Positions 8,770 to 19,754 of a DNA stretch of 64,000 nt are shown piece by piece (within the stretch, counting starts at the first letter, position 1; every line of letters starts with the position of its first letter). Under the pieces are notes generated by a model. It did no database searches. It was not told the DNA's origin and was given only the letters and a program-made list of their open reading frames with translations. Source of the DNA: an uncultured Clostridium sp. (GTDB lineage: Bacteria; Bacillota_I; Bacilli_A; RF39; UBA660); NCBI GenBank assembly GCA_964578175.1, contig CAZOBH010000003.1, positions 10,159-74,158 on the forward strand, given 5' to 3'. The translations under genes and the position numbers were made by a program.

Positions 8770-9717
8770 TTACACCTCTTCATTCATACTTTTGTAATCT
8801 TTACATACACAATCTAAATCTTTAATAAGTTCATCTACTTTATCTTTTTCAAATACTCTTGCACCAGCAGCAAATTTATGTCCACCGCCATTATAATTTT
8901 CAGCAATTAAATTGATTACAGGTCCACGTGATCTAATATTAAATCTATATACATTGTTTTTAACATCTTCTGATATTATCGTCCATACAAGAACTTCATC
9001 TATATTATTAAAATTATTAATTAGATTCCCTGCACTTGCTGCATCTACATCTAATTCCTTTATAATTTTATCTGTAAGAATTATATAAGCAAGACCATTT
9101 TCAGTAACTATGAAATTTTGTTCAATAAACCCTTGTAAATTTATCTCTTTTAAAGGACGAGAGAAAATATTACTATAAAGAGTTTTTAAATCTAAATCAT
9201 AATCTTTCATCAACTTAGATACTAAATAAAATGTCTTAGAAGTTGTCGAATATAAAAATCTATTAGTATCTGATACTATTCCCATAAATAACATACTAGC
9301 TATTTCATCATTAATCATTAAATCATTCTTATAAACAAAATCCAATATTATTTCACAAGCACTAGATGCTCTATCATCTATATATTCATAATCACAAATA
9401 CTCTCAAAATATGGATGATGATCGATCTTAATACTATAATTGAATCCATCAATGCTTTTAATATCCATTCTTTTTTTATCAGGAGTATCAAGTAATATCA
9501 ATAATCCATTATTATCTTCTAAACTTTTATCTAACCTTGGTAAAAATTTAAACTTAGCACTAGACATACCTGTTGCATAAACTGTTTTATTAGGGAAATT
9601 TAAGTTAATAATTTCTCTTAGTGATAATTGACTACATAAAGCATCTGGATCAGGTCCAGTATGCCTTATAATAGTAATATTATCGAATTCTTTTATTTTT
9701 TCTAATATTTTTTGCAC
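8770..9717 (-). CDS. nrnA: DHH-DHHA1 phosphoesterase, NrnA-type oligoribonuclease / pAp phosphatase
   Basis: DHH N-terminal motifs (RHTGPDPDA). GGGHKFAAGA DHHA1 motif. Confidence 0.75.
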   Translation of the reverse strand: MQKILEKIKEFDNITIIRHTGPDPDALCSQLSLREIINLNFPNKTVYATGMSSAKFKFLPRLDKSLEDNNGLLILLDTPDKKRMDIKSIDGFNYSIKIDHHPYFESICDYEYIDDRASSACEIILDFVYKNDLMINDEIASMLFMGIVSDTNRFLYSTTSKTFYLVSKLMKDYDLDLKTLYSNIFSRPLKEINLQGFIEQNFIVTENGLAYIILTDKIIKELDVDAASAGNLINNFNNIDEVLVWTIISEDVKNNVYRFNIRSRGPVINLIAENYNGGGHKFAAGARVFEKDKVDELIKDLDCVCKDYKSMNEEV

Positions 9718-9725
9718 TATAATAC

Positions 9726-10904
9726 CTATTTTATTAAGTCTTTAGTATCCATTGCTATCATTAATTCTTCATCAGTTGGTACTAAATATGATAGAATTGA
9801 TGAATCTTCAGCACTTATCTTTCTAAGTTCTCCACGAACATCATTTGCTTTATTATCAACTTTTACACCTAAAACATCTAATTTGTTTAAGATTTCAGCT
9901 CTAGTAGTAGCACTATTTTCCCCAATTCCAGCAGTAAATGTAATTACATCACATCCACCTAGTTCTACATAATATTGAGCTATATATTTAACTACACTAT
10001 TAACGAATAAATCTTCAGCTAATTTACACCTTTCGTTTCCTTCTTTGATTCCATCTTCGATATCGCGTGAATCAGAACTAACTCCACTAACACCTAAGAA
10101 TCCAGATTTTTTATTTAAAGCATTAACTACTTCTCCAGCACTTAATCCTTCTTTTTCCATAACATAAGGAACCATAGATACATCAATATCTCCTGAACGT
10201 GTTCCCATAACTACTCCTGCAAGTGGAGTAAATCCCATAGATGTATCAACACATTTTCCAGAATCAATTGCGCATATACTTGCTCCTTGTCCTAAATGAC
10301 ATGAAATAACTTTTAAATCATCTCTTCCAAGTTCTTCAGCAATTTTCTTAGATATATATTTATGACTTGTTCCATGAGCACCATATTTTCTAACACCATC
10401 TTTTTCATACCATTCATATGGTACAGCATATAAGAATCTTTCCTTTGTCATTGTTTGATGAAATGCTGTATCAAATACTGCAACCATTGGAGTATTAGGT
10501 AAAATCTTTTTAAATGCCTTAATTCCAATAACATGTGCAGGATTATGAAGAGGAGCAAGATCAGATAATTCAATAATATCATTTAGAACTTTATCAGTGA
10601 TTACTACTGACTTATCATATCTATCAGCACCTTGTACTATACGATGTCCAACACCATCAATTTCTTCATAACTTGATATAATTTTTAATTCTATTAATTT
10701 ATCAAGTAATATCTTTACTGCTTCAGAATGATCTTCCATTTCAGCATCTTCTTGAATTTTAAATTCTTTATTTTTTATAGTGTAACAACTTCCATCAGTA
10801 CCTATTCTTTCAAATAGACCTGAAACCATTACTTCGTTAGTGTCCATATCAAATAATTTAAATTTTAATGAACTACTACCAGCATTAATTGACATAATTT
10901 TCAT
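9726..10904 (-). CDS. ackA: Acetate kinase
   Basis: MKIMSINAGSSSLKFKLF N-terminus and acetokinase-family length and motifs. Confidence 0.9.
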   Translation of the reverse strand: MKIMSINAGSSSLKFKLFDMDTNEVMVSGLFERIGTDGSCYTIKNKEFKIQEDAEMEDHSEAVKILLDKLIELKIISSYEEIDGVGHRIVQGADRYDKSVVITDKVLNDIIELSDLAPLHNPAHVIGIKAFKKILPNTPMVAVFDTAFHQTMTKERFLYAVPYEWYEKDGVRKYGAHGTSHKYISKKIAEELGRDDLKVISCHLGQGASICAIDSGKCVDTSMGFTPLAGVVMGTRSGDIDVSMVPYVMEKEGLSAGEVVNALNKKSGFLGVSGVSSDSRDIEDGIKEGNERCKLAEDLFVNSVVKYIAQYYVELGGCDVITFTAGIGENSATTRAEILNKLDVLGVKVDNKANDVRGELRKISAEDSSILSYLVPTDEELMIAMDTKDLIK

Positions 10905-10957
10905 AATATTCCCTCATTTCTACTTCTATATTATACTATAATACATATTATTTTAAA

Positions 10958-10984
10958 AGAAAAAACTTAGTATCTAACTAAGTC
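10958..10984 (-). terminator. Terminator of thiI
   Basis: ACTTAGT-tagat-ACTAAGT hairpin followed by a U-tract. Confidence 0.5.
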
Positions 10985-10991
10985 TTATACT

Positions 10992-12176
10992 TTATAAAAT
11001 ATCATCAAAAGAATCATCTTTTTTATCTGTAATTGTAATTGTTTTTATTTTACCAATACATTTATTTAATAGAGTTTGATAATCAAATTTATCTTCTTCT
11101 TCACCACAAACATATAGTTTTGGATTAATAACTGGATGCTTAGGCACAAAAATTGTGCAGCAATCTTCAAAAGGAAGAATGCTTATGTCATATGTATCTA
11201 TTTTTTTTGCAATATCTATTATTTCAAGTTTATCAAGACACGCAACAGGTCTTACAACAGGCATATTAGTTACTTCATTAATTACAGACATACTAGATAG
11301 AGTTTGTGATGCTACTTGACCAATCGATTCACCATTAGTAATAATTTGACAATCCTTTTCTCTAGCTACTATTTCACTTATTCTATACATCATTCTTCTC
11401 ATAATAGTAATACAATAATCTTCTCTTACATAATGATATATAGCTTCTTGTAATTCAGTAAAAGGAACTATATGTAGATCAATATAATCAGTATACTTTG
11501 CTAACTTTTTAGCAAGATCAATAACTTTATTTCTAGCTTCAATTGAAGTATGAGGCATAGATTCAAAATATATACAATCTAATTTAACTCCTCTTTTTAA
11601 AGTTAAATAACCAGCAACAGGAGAATCAATTCCTCCACTAAGCATAAGAAGTCCTTTACCTAAAGTACCACTAGGATATCCACCAAGCCCTTTATATACA
11701 TTAGTATAAATATAAGTATAATTCTCTCTTATTTCCACATGAACAGTAAGTTCAGGATTATTAACATCTACTTTGATATTATCTACATTCTTAAGAATTA
11801 CTCCTCCTAATTTAGCAGAAAACTCAATACTATTATACGGAAAAGATTTATAACTTCTTTTTGTTTCTACTTTAAATGTACTGGGATTAAATTCTTTAAC
11901 CACTTCTACTGCTTTTTCATTTATTTTATCAATATCAGTATCTATTCTATATGCAACATCATATTCATGTATTCCAAAAATAGAATTAACTACTTCTAAT
12001 ACTTTATCTAATTCACTATCTTGAAATTCAATATACATTCTTGCTAGTTCTTTTTTTATATTAACATCTAATCCATTTAATTTATGTTTTAAATTTTGAT
12101 ACAAAGTATTTACAAAGAACTTTCTATTTCCTTTTTTAGTTGTTAATTCTCCATATTTAATAAGAATTACACGCAT
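10992..12176 (-). CDS. thiI: tRNA 4-thiouridine(8) synthase ThiI
   Basis: THUMP-like N-terminus and SGGIDSPVA PP-loop. Confidence 0.85.
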   Translation of the reverse strand: MRVILIKYGELTTKKGNRKFFVNTLYQNLKHKLNGLDVNIKKELARMYIEFQDSELDKVLEVVNSIFGIHEYDVAYRIDTDIDKINEKAVEVVKEFNPSTFKVETKRSYKSFPYNSIEFSAKLGGVILKNVDNIKVDVNNPELTVHVEIRENYTYIYTNVYKGLGGYPSGTLGKGLLMLSGGIDSPVAGYLTLKRGVKLDCIYFESMPHTSIEARNKVIDLAKKLAKYTDYIDLHIVPFTELQEAIYHYVREDYCITIMRRMMYRISEIVAREKDCQIITNGESIGQVASQTLSSMSVINEVTNMPVVRPVACLDKLEIIDIAKKIDTYDISILPFEDCCTIFVPKHPVINPKLYVCGEEEDKFDYQTLLNKCIGKIKTITITDKKDDSFDDIL

Positions 12177-12190
12177 AGTATCACCTCTTT

Positions 12191-13438
12191 TTATAAATTA
12201 CTAACCCAAATTGATATATACTTAGATAATATATCATATCCTTTACCATTTAAATGTATTTCATACATATCTTCATTTCTAAAACAAGATCCATTTTCAA
12301 CATCTAATAATTCACTATAAGAAATTGACTTTTTATTTTCATATACTTTTCCACTATATAAGTCTAAATAAGGAATATCCCATTTATTTGCTATTTCTTT
12401 TCCAAGTTCTATTTGTTTATCTCTATCTACAGTTTTTTGATTTTTAGCTTTAGGAGTACTATAAGTTAATATATATCCTATTTTAGCATCTTTATGATAT
12501 TTTCTTAAATAATAAAATATTTCTTCTAATCCACCTGCATAAGTATCAGTATCAAACTCATCTACTCTTTTTGAATCTGCTATTTCTCCGTTTTCTACGC
12601 CTCTACTTGCATCATTTATTCCACCTTGTACAATTATATAGTCGTACTCTTGATCTTTAGTTTTTTCAACTTGATCAATTATAGATTTATTGGAATGAGA
12701 AATAGTTGCACCATTTATTCCATAATTCTCCCAATCCATAAAATTAGCAAAACCAACTCTAGATGCCCATCCACCATATTTTTCATAAGTTGCTGCTGTA
12801 ATACTATCACCAATAAATAGTATTTTTTTACCTTCTAATTTATGTTTGTTGTTATAATATATAGTTTGTTCACTAATACTTTCTAATCCATTTTTGGATT
12901 TAGCTGTACATACTACTTTAGAATTATATATAGATTTATTTTTAACTTCACAATTGAATGATAAAATACCTATTTTTGATTTAACTTCATACATTGATTT
13001 ATAATCTAATTCTTCATTTTTATTATTTTGTATTATTACTTCATATTTTGGTTTTATAACAGGAAGACTTGCATCTACTAAATAGTATTTTTCATCACAA
13101 TATTTATTAACTTTTCCATTAACATCAGTAATTTTTATACAAATATGTTTCTTTTCCTCATACTCAGGATAAGAAATATTCAAATTAATAATTCTTTTAT
13201 TAACATCTACTTCACTGTTTAAAAAATCATTACAATAATCTTCAGTTGTAAAACAATAATCAATAGATTTAATTTTCTTATTAAAATTTAAAATTATTGA
13301 TTTAACTATAACACTATTATAATATGAATCAGTACCTGATTTCTTACTATAAGTAAAATATATTGGTGAACTATATATATTCCCACCAAAAATAGTTAAT
13401 GTTGTAATTAATATTATTAAGTATATAATCTTTTTCAT
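12191..13438 (-). CDS. Secreted SGNH/GDSL-family hydrolase with an N-terminal domain of unknown function
   Basis: Signal peptide. Block I FIGDSIT and block III GGINDA. Confidence 0.65.
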   Translation of the reverse strand: MKKIIYLIILITTLTIFGGNIYSSPIYFTYSKKSGTDSYYNSVIVKSIILNFNKKIKSIDYCFTTEDYCNDFLNSEVDVNKRIINLNISYPEYEEKKHICIKITDVNGKVNKYCDEKYYLVDASLPVIKPKYEVIIQNNKNEELDYKSMYEVKSKIGILSFNCEVKNKSIYNSKVVCTAKSKNGLESISEQTIYYNNKHKLEGKKILFIGDSITAATYEKYGGWASRVGFANFMDWENYGINGATISHSNKSIIDQVEKTKDQEYDYIIVQGGINDASRGVENGEIADSKRVDEFDTDTYAGGLEEIFYYLRKYHKDAKIGYILTYSTPKAKNQKTVDRDKQIELGKEIANKWDIPYLDLYSGKVYENKKSISYSELLDVENGSCFRNEDMYEIHLNGKGYDILSKYISIWVSNL

Positions 13439-13487
13439 ATTTTTTCTCCAAGTGATACCTATTATATATCTTAATTATTCATTTTTC

Positions 13488-13519
13488 AACAAATAAAAAT
13501 AGGTATTTAAACCTATTTT
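13488..13519 (-). terminator. Hairpin terminator, probably bidirectional
   Basis: AAATAGGT-atttaa-ACCTATTT stem flanked by A/T tracts. Confidence 0.45.
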
Positions 13520-14181
13520 ATTATAACTATTGAAAGTAGTTTTTCTTTTTCATGAACAAGTGTTATTTCAGCACTAGTTGGATACCCTGAACCATCATTA
13601 TCGTATTCCCATGAAAGACTTACTTTATAAGCATTTTGATCATTAATATCAATCTTTCTACTAGAATCTGTATATTTATAATTAGTCTTTTTTACAGTTC
13701 CTTCATCAACTTCTTTTACAACAGGAAGTTTTTGTTCACGATCACCATATACATTACTTTTTATATATTTATATATAGTATCAGTAGCTTTTAATTTAAA
13801 GTTTTCTTTAATTGATGAATGAACAAAATCTAATCCACCAACATCTTGATTAGTTATTCTATTATCAAATGAATAAAAATCAATTACAAATAATTTAGAT
13901 ACTAATAAAGCGTATTGTTCTTCATCTATTTCTTCACTCTCTAATACTTTTTTTAATTCAGTATAATATTTTTTATATAAATCAGAACTATTTTCATATA
14001 AATTGTATTCATACCCATTTATACTTTCAACTTTTTCTGCAACTTTATTTACTTTATTTTCTGTTTTCTTATTATCTTTATTTAAAAATATAAATACAGC
14101 ACCAACTATTAAAGCAACAATTATTAAAAATATTAATAATTTCAAAAATATTCTATTTTTTTTCTTATTCTTCTTTCTCAT
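13513..14181 (-). CDS. Membrane-anchored hypothetical protein
   Basis: N-terminal TM (FLKLLIFLIIVALIVGAVFIFL) and a K-rich N-terminus. Confidence 0.4.
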   Translation of the reverse strand: MRKKNKKKNRIFLKLLIFLIIVALIVGAVFIFLNKDNKKTENKVNKVAEKVESINGYEYNLYENSSDLYKKYYTELKKVLESEEIDEEQYALLVSKLFVIDFYSFDNRITNQDVGGLDFVHSSIKENFKLKATDTIYKYIKSNVYGDREQKLPVVKEVDEGTVKKTNYKYTDSSRKIDINDQNAYKVSLSWEYDNDGSGYPTSAEITLVHEKEKLLSIVIIK

Positions 14182-16322
14182 TAATTATTAGCTCCCTCTA
14201 TAATTTCAGATTCATTTAATTTTTCTTTACTTTCTTCAGTTGTTTCTAATAAATCATATACAATAATACTATTAGATGTACTAAGTAGTTTCTCTGCATA
14301 TGCAGAATTTTCTTCAATATAGTTATCAGGTAATATAGTATTTTCTTTAATCATATATGTTTCATTACGTTGTGCATTATAATAAACTTTATTAGTTAAC
14401 CAGTTACCTGTTGGGAATACTACTATATTATCTTTAGTTTTAAGACTAAACATATCATGTCCTAATTCATACTTGTTATAAATACCTAACATATTACCAA
14501 GAGTTGGCATTACATCATACATCCCCATTACAGTAGTTATTTCCTTCTTCATAGATACTCCCTTTATCTTTTTCTCTTTAGTCCATATAAAGAATGGAGT
14601 ACTTCTATTAAGTTCATATTCATAACTACCAAATTCTACATAATTTTCATCATCTGGACTTAAAATAGAATCTGTTTTGTAATCATAATTATAAAATTTT
14701 ACATAATCTGCTTTAGGAAGTCTAGCATCATGATCTCCATAAAATACTATAGCTGTATCATCAAGGATTCCTTTTTCCTCAAGATTATCCATTAACTCAC
14801 CTAAAGCTTCATCTGCGTAGTGAACTGATTTAAAATAACGACCAAGTTTAGTACCTTCCATATAAGGATAAACATTTTCAACTGTTTCTCCTTTTTCATT
14901 TTTTTCTTTAACCTTTAATGTAACATCAAATCCATCATCTACATAGAATGGAGTGTGATTAGTTAACATTATCAATATAGAATACAATTTGTCATGTTCA
15001 CTTCTTAATTTATCTATTTTATCAACAGATTGACGGAAGAATGATTTATCAGATAACCCAAGTCCTATAACTTCATCAATATCATATTCACTTTTACCAA
15101 TAACTTCATCATATCCTAAAGTCTTATGCATTGTTGCTCTATTCCAATAAGATGCAACATTTCCATGCATTGATACTGAATAATATCCTTTATCTTTTAA
15201 TAATTTAGGAATACTAATATAATGTCTATCAAAATATGAAACAAATGCAGTACCATTATTTGATGGCATTAAACTAGTATTAAAAGTAAATTCACTATCA
15301 CTACTTGTTCCTACACTAACTTGAGTATAAAAATTACTAAAATATAAACTTTCTTTTGCTAATTTAGTTAAATTTGGAGCCACTTCTTCTCCATTAATTT
15401 TAAGACCTATAACAAAGTCTTGTATACTTTCACCATGAATAACTATTATATTCTTACCTTCTAATATATTTGAATATTTATTAACTGTATTCGTGTCTTC
15501 TCTATCTGCAAAGTAATCATTAAATTTTCTAAGAGCTTCATCATATCCAAATAATGCTGATATTTTTGGTTCTACACTTTTTATAACGTCATTTATTTGA
15601 TAAGTATAGATACCATATTTAACTACTATATATTCTCTATTCCATTGTTTAGAAATTCTACTAATATCAGTTGATGATAATGTAGACATAAATATTAAAG
15701 CTACACTTACACCTAAAAGTACATTAGTAAACCATTTATTTTTTTCTTTATTATTAGCCTCAATATTAGTAAAATATTTTCTCTTAGATAAATTAATATG
15801 TAATATTATTAAAAGAATAGGCACTAAAATATATACAAAATCTTTTAACTTTAATATTGCAAAGATTGCATCACTTACATCCTCCCCATATTTAGCAGTT
15901 GATAAAAGTGATACTGATACATATGAAGAATAAAAAGTATAATATACAGAATTTATTATACAAATAAATGCATAAATTAAAGTTAGAAAATGCCAATAAA
16001 TCATTCTTATTTTATGTCTCATTAAATAACCAAATGAACCAAGTAAAACTACTACAGCAAAATCTGCTAGAATTGGTTGAATTTGCCATATATTAGATGG
16101 ATTATTAGTTGTTAAATATCTAACTAATATTCCACTAATAACATTTAAAACTATGTATATAAAAAAGAATAAATTAGTTGTTATATATAATTTTATATAA
16201 GAACCAAAATCTTTAAATACTTCAATTGGATTATTTTTAAGATTTTTAAGAAATTTTTTAAATTTATGAATTGTATTATTTTTTTTACTTTTAATCTTTT
16301 TCATAACATTCCTCTTTATCAC
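14181..16322 (-). CDS. ltaS: LTA-synthase family protein (polytopic N-terminus plus extracellular sulfatase-like domain)
   Basis: Five N-terminal TM helices followed by a sulfatase/LtaS catalytic-domain pattern (IVIHGESIQ...; 713 aa). Confidence 0.7.
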   Translation of the reverse strand: MIKRNVMKKIKSKKNNTIHKFKKFLKNLKNNPIEVFKDFGSYIKLYITTNLFFFIYIVLNVISGILVRYLTTNNPSNIWQIQPILADFAVVVLLGSFGYLMRHKIRMIYWHFLTLIYAFICIINSVYYTFYSSYVSVSLLSTAKYGEDVSDAIFAILKLKDFVYILVPILLIILHINLSKRKYFTNIEANNKEKNKWFTNVLLGVSVALIFMSTLSSTDISRISKQWNREYIVVKYGIYTYQINDVIKSVEPKISALFGYDEALRKFNDYFADREDTNTVNKYSNILEGKNIIVIHGESIQDFVIGLKINGEEVAPNLTKLAKESLYFSNFYTQVSVGTSSDSEFTFNTSLMPSNNGTAFVSYFDRHYISIPKLLKDKGYYSVSMHGNVASYWNRATMHKTLGYDEVIGKSEYDIDEVIGLGLSDKSFFRQSVDKIDKLRSEHDKLYSILIMLTNHTPFYVDDGFDVTLKVKEKNEKGETVENVYPYMEGTKLGRYFKSVHYADEALGELMDNLEEKGILDDTAIVFYGDHDARLPKADYVKFYNYDYKTDSILSPDDENYVEFGSYEYELNRSTPFFIWTKEKKIKGVSMKKEITTVMGMYDVMPTLGNMLGIYNKYELGHDMFSLKTKDNIVVFPTGNWLTNKVYYNAQRNETYMIKENTILPDNYIEENSAYAEKLLSTSNSIIVYDLLETTEESKEKLNESEIIEGANN

Positions 16323-16357
16323 TATAATTTTACATCAAATAACAAAAAAAGAAAATA

Positions 16358-17233
16358 TTACTTTTCTTTTTCTTCGTATTTAGACACATTAAGCGCCATA
16401 CCCATAACAAATATATATGATAAGAAATAAATCCACCACATCAAAATAATGATGTTAGAAATATTTCCATATAATGAATTAACATTGGCAGTTAAACCTA
16501 TGTATATTGCATATAGCTTTGTAAATAAAACCCATGAAAGACTGGTAAATAATACTCCATAGTTAACATTTTTTCTAGATATTTTAGCATCAGGTGCCAT
16601 AATATATATAATCTTAATTAACCAAAATATTATAAAATATGAAATCGGTAAGTTAAATAATTTATATGTAATTCTAATATATCTACCAATATCATCGTTA
16701 TGAAAAAATGTAGATATAATTGTTACGATTTGATTACCAAGAACAGGTACTATCATAATGAACAAAAATAATAGAACCATTATAAATAATATACCTACTG
16801 ATTTAGCTCTATCATATAAATATCCTTTATTTTTAATATGATAGATTCTATTTGATACTACGATTATTGTATAAGTACCATTACTAGCTAAAATAAGGGC
16901 TGATATATAAAATATTATATTATTAATATTAGCTGAACTACCTTTTGATATAGTTTCAATCATTTGAACAAATACATTTGGTAATTCATTAGCTATAAGC
17001 CTATTTAAAAATGAATTAGATACATTAAAGTTAGAACTAATAGCAAAAACTAAAGCTATTAATGGTACTAACATAAGTAAAAAGAAGAAAGCAAGTTGTC
17101 CAGGAAGAACTTGCATTTCTGTTGATCTAAAGTTCTTATTTAATCTTTTAGCTAAAGCTTTTATTCTTTTCTTAGTCTTTTTCATTTTATTTATAATCCT
17201 CTTTATTTGTACGCATTTCAAGAGTTGCTTCAT
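16358..17233 (-). CDS. YihY/BrkB family membrane protein. The true start may be the internal Met at 17185, which would remove the overlap with the upstream gene.
   Basis: PGQLAFFFLLMLVPLIALV matches the YihY N-terminal signature. The protein is polytopic. Confidence 0.65.
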   Translation of the reverse strand: MKQLLKCVQIKRIINKMKKTKKRIKALAKRLNKNFRSTEMQVLPGQLAFFFLLMLVPLIALVFAISSNFNVSNSFLNRLIANELPNVFVQMIETISKGSSANINNIIFYISALILASNGTYTIIVVSNRIYHIKNKGYLYDRAKSVGILFIMVLLFLFIMIVPVLGNQIVTIISTFFHNDDIGRYIRITYKLFNLPISYFIIFWLIKIIYIMAPDAKISRKNVNYGVLFTSLSWVLFTKLYAIYIGLTANVNSLYGNISNIIILMWWIYFLSYIFVMGMALNVSKYEEKEK

Positions 17234-19226
17234 TTATAGCATCATCAATAGTTTTCATTCCATCTTTAATCATACTGTAACCTATAGCAGCACCAAATCC
17301 ATATGGTAATTCTTTTAATTCTTTAGTTAATTTCTTAGTATAAGTTTCTATTTGTTTATCACTATAACCAATTAAATAAATTAAGAATTCATTACCATCA
17401 GTTCTGATTAATTCACTGTTTTCAAGTTGAGTATTTAATAATGTAGATGCAGCTTGAACTATTAACTTATCCCCTGCTTCATGTCCATAGTTATCATTTA
17501 CGTATTTAACATTATTTAAATCAACTATAACTATAGTTTGAGGATATTTTTCACTCTTATTCCACGCTTCCATATTGAAGTTTAAATAACTACGATTTTT
17601 AAGAGAAGTTAAATTATCAATATATTTTCTTCTTTCTTCTTTTTTAACCTTCTTAACTACTTTTTTCTTTCTTAATAAAGTATATAAAGAAATAAGCACT
17701 AATACAGGAATTAGAATTATTACCAAGATAATTATATATAATTCATTAAAACTCTTATTATCTATATTATTTCTATTATTAATTTCATTTATTCCCATAT
17801 TACGATAACGATAATATGAATTAGTGGCCATTAAATAATTTAAAATATCAGAGAATTCTTTTTCTTCCCCAGATACCATAAAGGCATAATCTTTTGTAAA
17901 TGTATTTGTATATAATACTTCATAGTTTTTAAATTTAGAATTACGATAATAATTATATACTTCTAAATCAACCACTATTATGTTATCTCTACTTTCTTTT
18001 ATCATTTTATCCAAATTATTAAAAGGTATAATATTTGCTTTACTATTATCTTTGAAATAATTAAATAAGGCAGTATTTTCTAATATTCCAATACTCTTTC
18101 CTTTTAATGATTCAAAAGATGTAACTACATTAGAAGAACTTAATTTAGATATAACAACATATTGTTCTACAAATGATGTATTTGATTCAATATAATTTTC
18201 ATTAGCAACATCATAATAATTAAAGTATATATCTACTTCTTTATTTTCAACTGCTTTTAATAGACTTTCAATACTATCATATTTTTTATAATTAAAATCT
18301 ATTCCAGTAAGTCTATTTATTCTTGAAATATATTCTCCACAAATACCTATTAAAGCATCACCGTTTTTTACTTCATAAGGATAATTTTCAACATATCCAT
18401 AAGTATAGGTTTTAGCTTGTAATGCACTCTTAGTACTATCAGAAATATTTTTAGATTCTATATAATAGTTAAATAACGCATCATTATATTTTTCAACATA
18501 ATCATTTTCTTTCCAATAATCAAAGTACTTTGCTATTATTTTATTAAATCTATCATTTTCATTTTCTGTAGTTATTACAATCTTTTTAGACATTTCAGAT
18601 AAAGTATAATTAATTGTATACTTATCATTTAATGTTTTATTTAAATACATAGTATTTGGTATGATAATTGAATTAACTTCAGATGTATCCAAAGCATTAA
18701 ATAAAAGATCAGCAGTATCATACTTTTTATAAACTAATTTATCTACATTACTTAAATAATAACTAACTTCTGCAGCATCATTAGTAAGAACTCCTACTTT
18801 AGTATTAGATATATCTAATACATTATCTATCTTTTGAGGAGTAGTACTTACAAGTACATATACATCTTCTCCTAGAAGTCTATCATTTTTACCTAAATCT
18901 TCATTATTATCTAATACTCTAAATCTTAATCCTGTTGTTGTAGGATTATTTTCTTTAGAATAACTAATTTTATTAAATTCTACCTTTCCTACAGTTTCAA
19001 AACTTTTTAAAAATGATGATATAATTCCATTATTTTCTCCATATACTGGATAATCATTAGGTATTTCTACATCTACTAAAGAATCTATATTTTTTTCAAG
19101 CCAGTTTTTATCTGTAACACTTATTGATTCTCCATTATTACGATAAAAATAAATAGATAAACCAGCAAAAACTATAATTGCTATTAGAATCGGAATAAAT
19201 ATTATCCATATTTTTTTATTTTTCAT
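17187..19226 (-). CDS. Membrane sensor: TM, ~480-aa extracytoplasmic region, TM, then a GGDEF-domain protein with a degenerate active site (RTDGNEF)
   Basis: GGDEF-domain hallmarks (DNLTSLKNRSYL; DLNNVKYVNDNYGHEAGDKLI) are present, but the GG[DE]EF motif reads DGNEF. Confidence 0.7.
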   Translation of the reverse strand: MKNKKIWIIFIPILIAIIVFAGLSIYFYRNNGESISVTDKNWLEKNIDSLVDVEIPNDYPVYGENNGIISSFLKSFETVGKVEFNKISYSKENNPTTTGLRFRVLDNNEDLGKNDRLLGEDVYVLVSTTPQKIDNVLDISNTKVGVLTNDAAEVSYYLSNVDKLVYKKYDTADLLFNALDTSEVNSIIIPNTMYLNKTLNDKYTINYTLSEMSKKIVITTENENDRFNKIIAKYFDYWKENDYVEKYNDALFNYYIESKNISDSTKSALQAKTYTYGYVENYPYEVKNGDALIGICGEYISRINRLTGIDFNYKKYDSIESLLKAVENKEVDIYFNYYDVANENYIESNTSFVEQYVVISKLSSSNVVTSFESLKGKSIGILENTALFNYFKDNSKANIIPFNNLDKMIKESRDNIIVVDLEVYNYYRNSKFKNYEVLYTNTFTKDYAFMVSGEEKEFSDILNYLMATNSYYRYRNMGINEINNRNNIDNKSFNELYIIILVIILIPVLVLISLYTLLRKKKVVKKVKKEERRKYIDNLTSLKNRSYLNFNMEAWNKSEKYPQTIVIVDLNNVKYVNDNYGHEAGDKLIVQAASTLLNTQLENSELIRTDGNEFLIYLIGYSDKQIETYTKKLTKELKELPYGFGAAIGYSMIKDGMKTIDDAINEATLEMRTNKEDYK

Positions 19227-19235
19227 AAATATCTC

Positions 19236-19703
19236 CTATCTATCCTTCGTCCATGATATATCTTTACTTGTATAATGTTTATAACCTACAATAGGGAAAT
19301 CAGTCTTTGTTGCATCGTCTTTATAAAAGTAAAATTGAATAGAAAAATATGATAATTGATCTTCTGTGAAATACGCAAGCATCTCACTACCCATTATTCT
19401 AGCATTATCATCTTTTAATTCAGGTTTAACTTTTATTTCTAAGTTAATTATCTTTCCTTCTTGATGATATTTAACATCTACTACATCTTCATCTTTTTTA
19501 ATATTTTCTTTTACTTTTTCTATATCACTATCAGATAATTGATAATTTTCAATACCATCAAGTCTACTTCCATAAGCTGCAGCATCATTATTATCCCAAT
19601 ACAAATTTTTTAAATATGATAAAACTAACATTGCTATTATAAATAAAATAATAACAAATACTGTTAATAAATTGTTTTTTAATAATTTTATAGTAGATTT
19701 CAT
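19236..19703 (-). CDS. Membrane-anchored hypothetical protein
   Basis: Single N-terminal TM. Confidence 0.4.
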   Translation of the reverse strand: MKSTIKLLKNNLLTVFVIILFIIAMLVLSYLKNLYWDNNDAAAYGSRLDGIENYQLSDSDIEKVKENIKKDEDVVDVKYHQEGKIINLEIKVKPELKDDNARIMGSEMLAYFTEDQLSYFSIQFYFYKDDATKTDFPIVGYKHYTSKDISWTKDR

Positions 19704-19754
19704 TTCAATCCCTCCATATTTTAATTATATACTAGTATTATTTTTTTGTAAAAA

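Noticed and set aside
9712-9972. 86-aa plus-strand ORF
   Set aside because: Antisense to ackA.
12626-12820. 64-aa plus-strand ORF
   Set aside because: Antisense inside the SGNH hydrolase gene.
14003-14191. 62-aa plus-strand ORF
   Set aside because: Antisense to the 13513..14181 gene.
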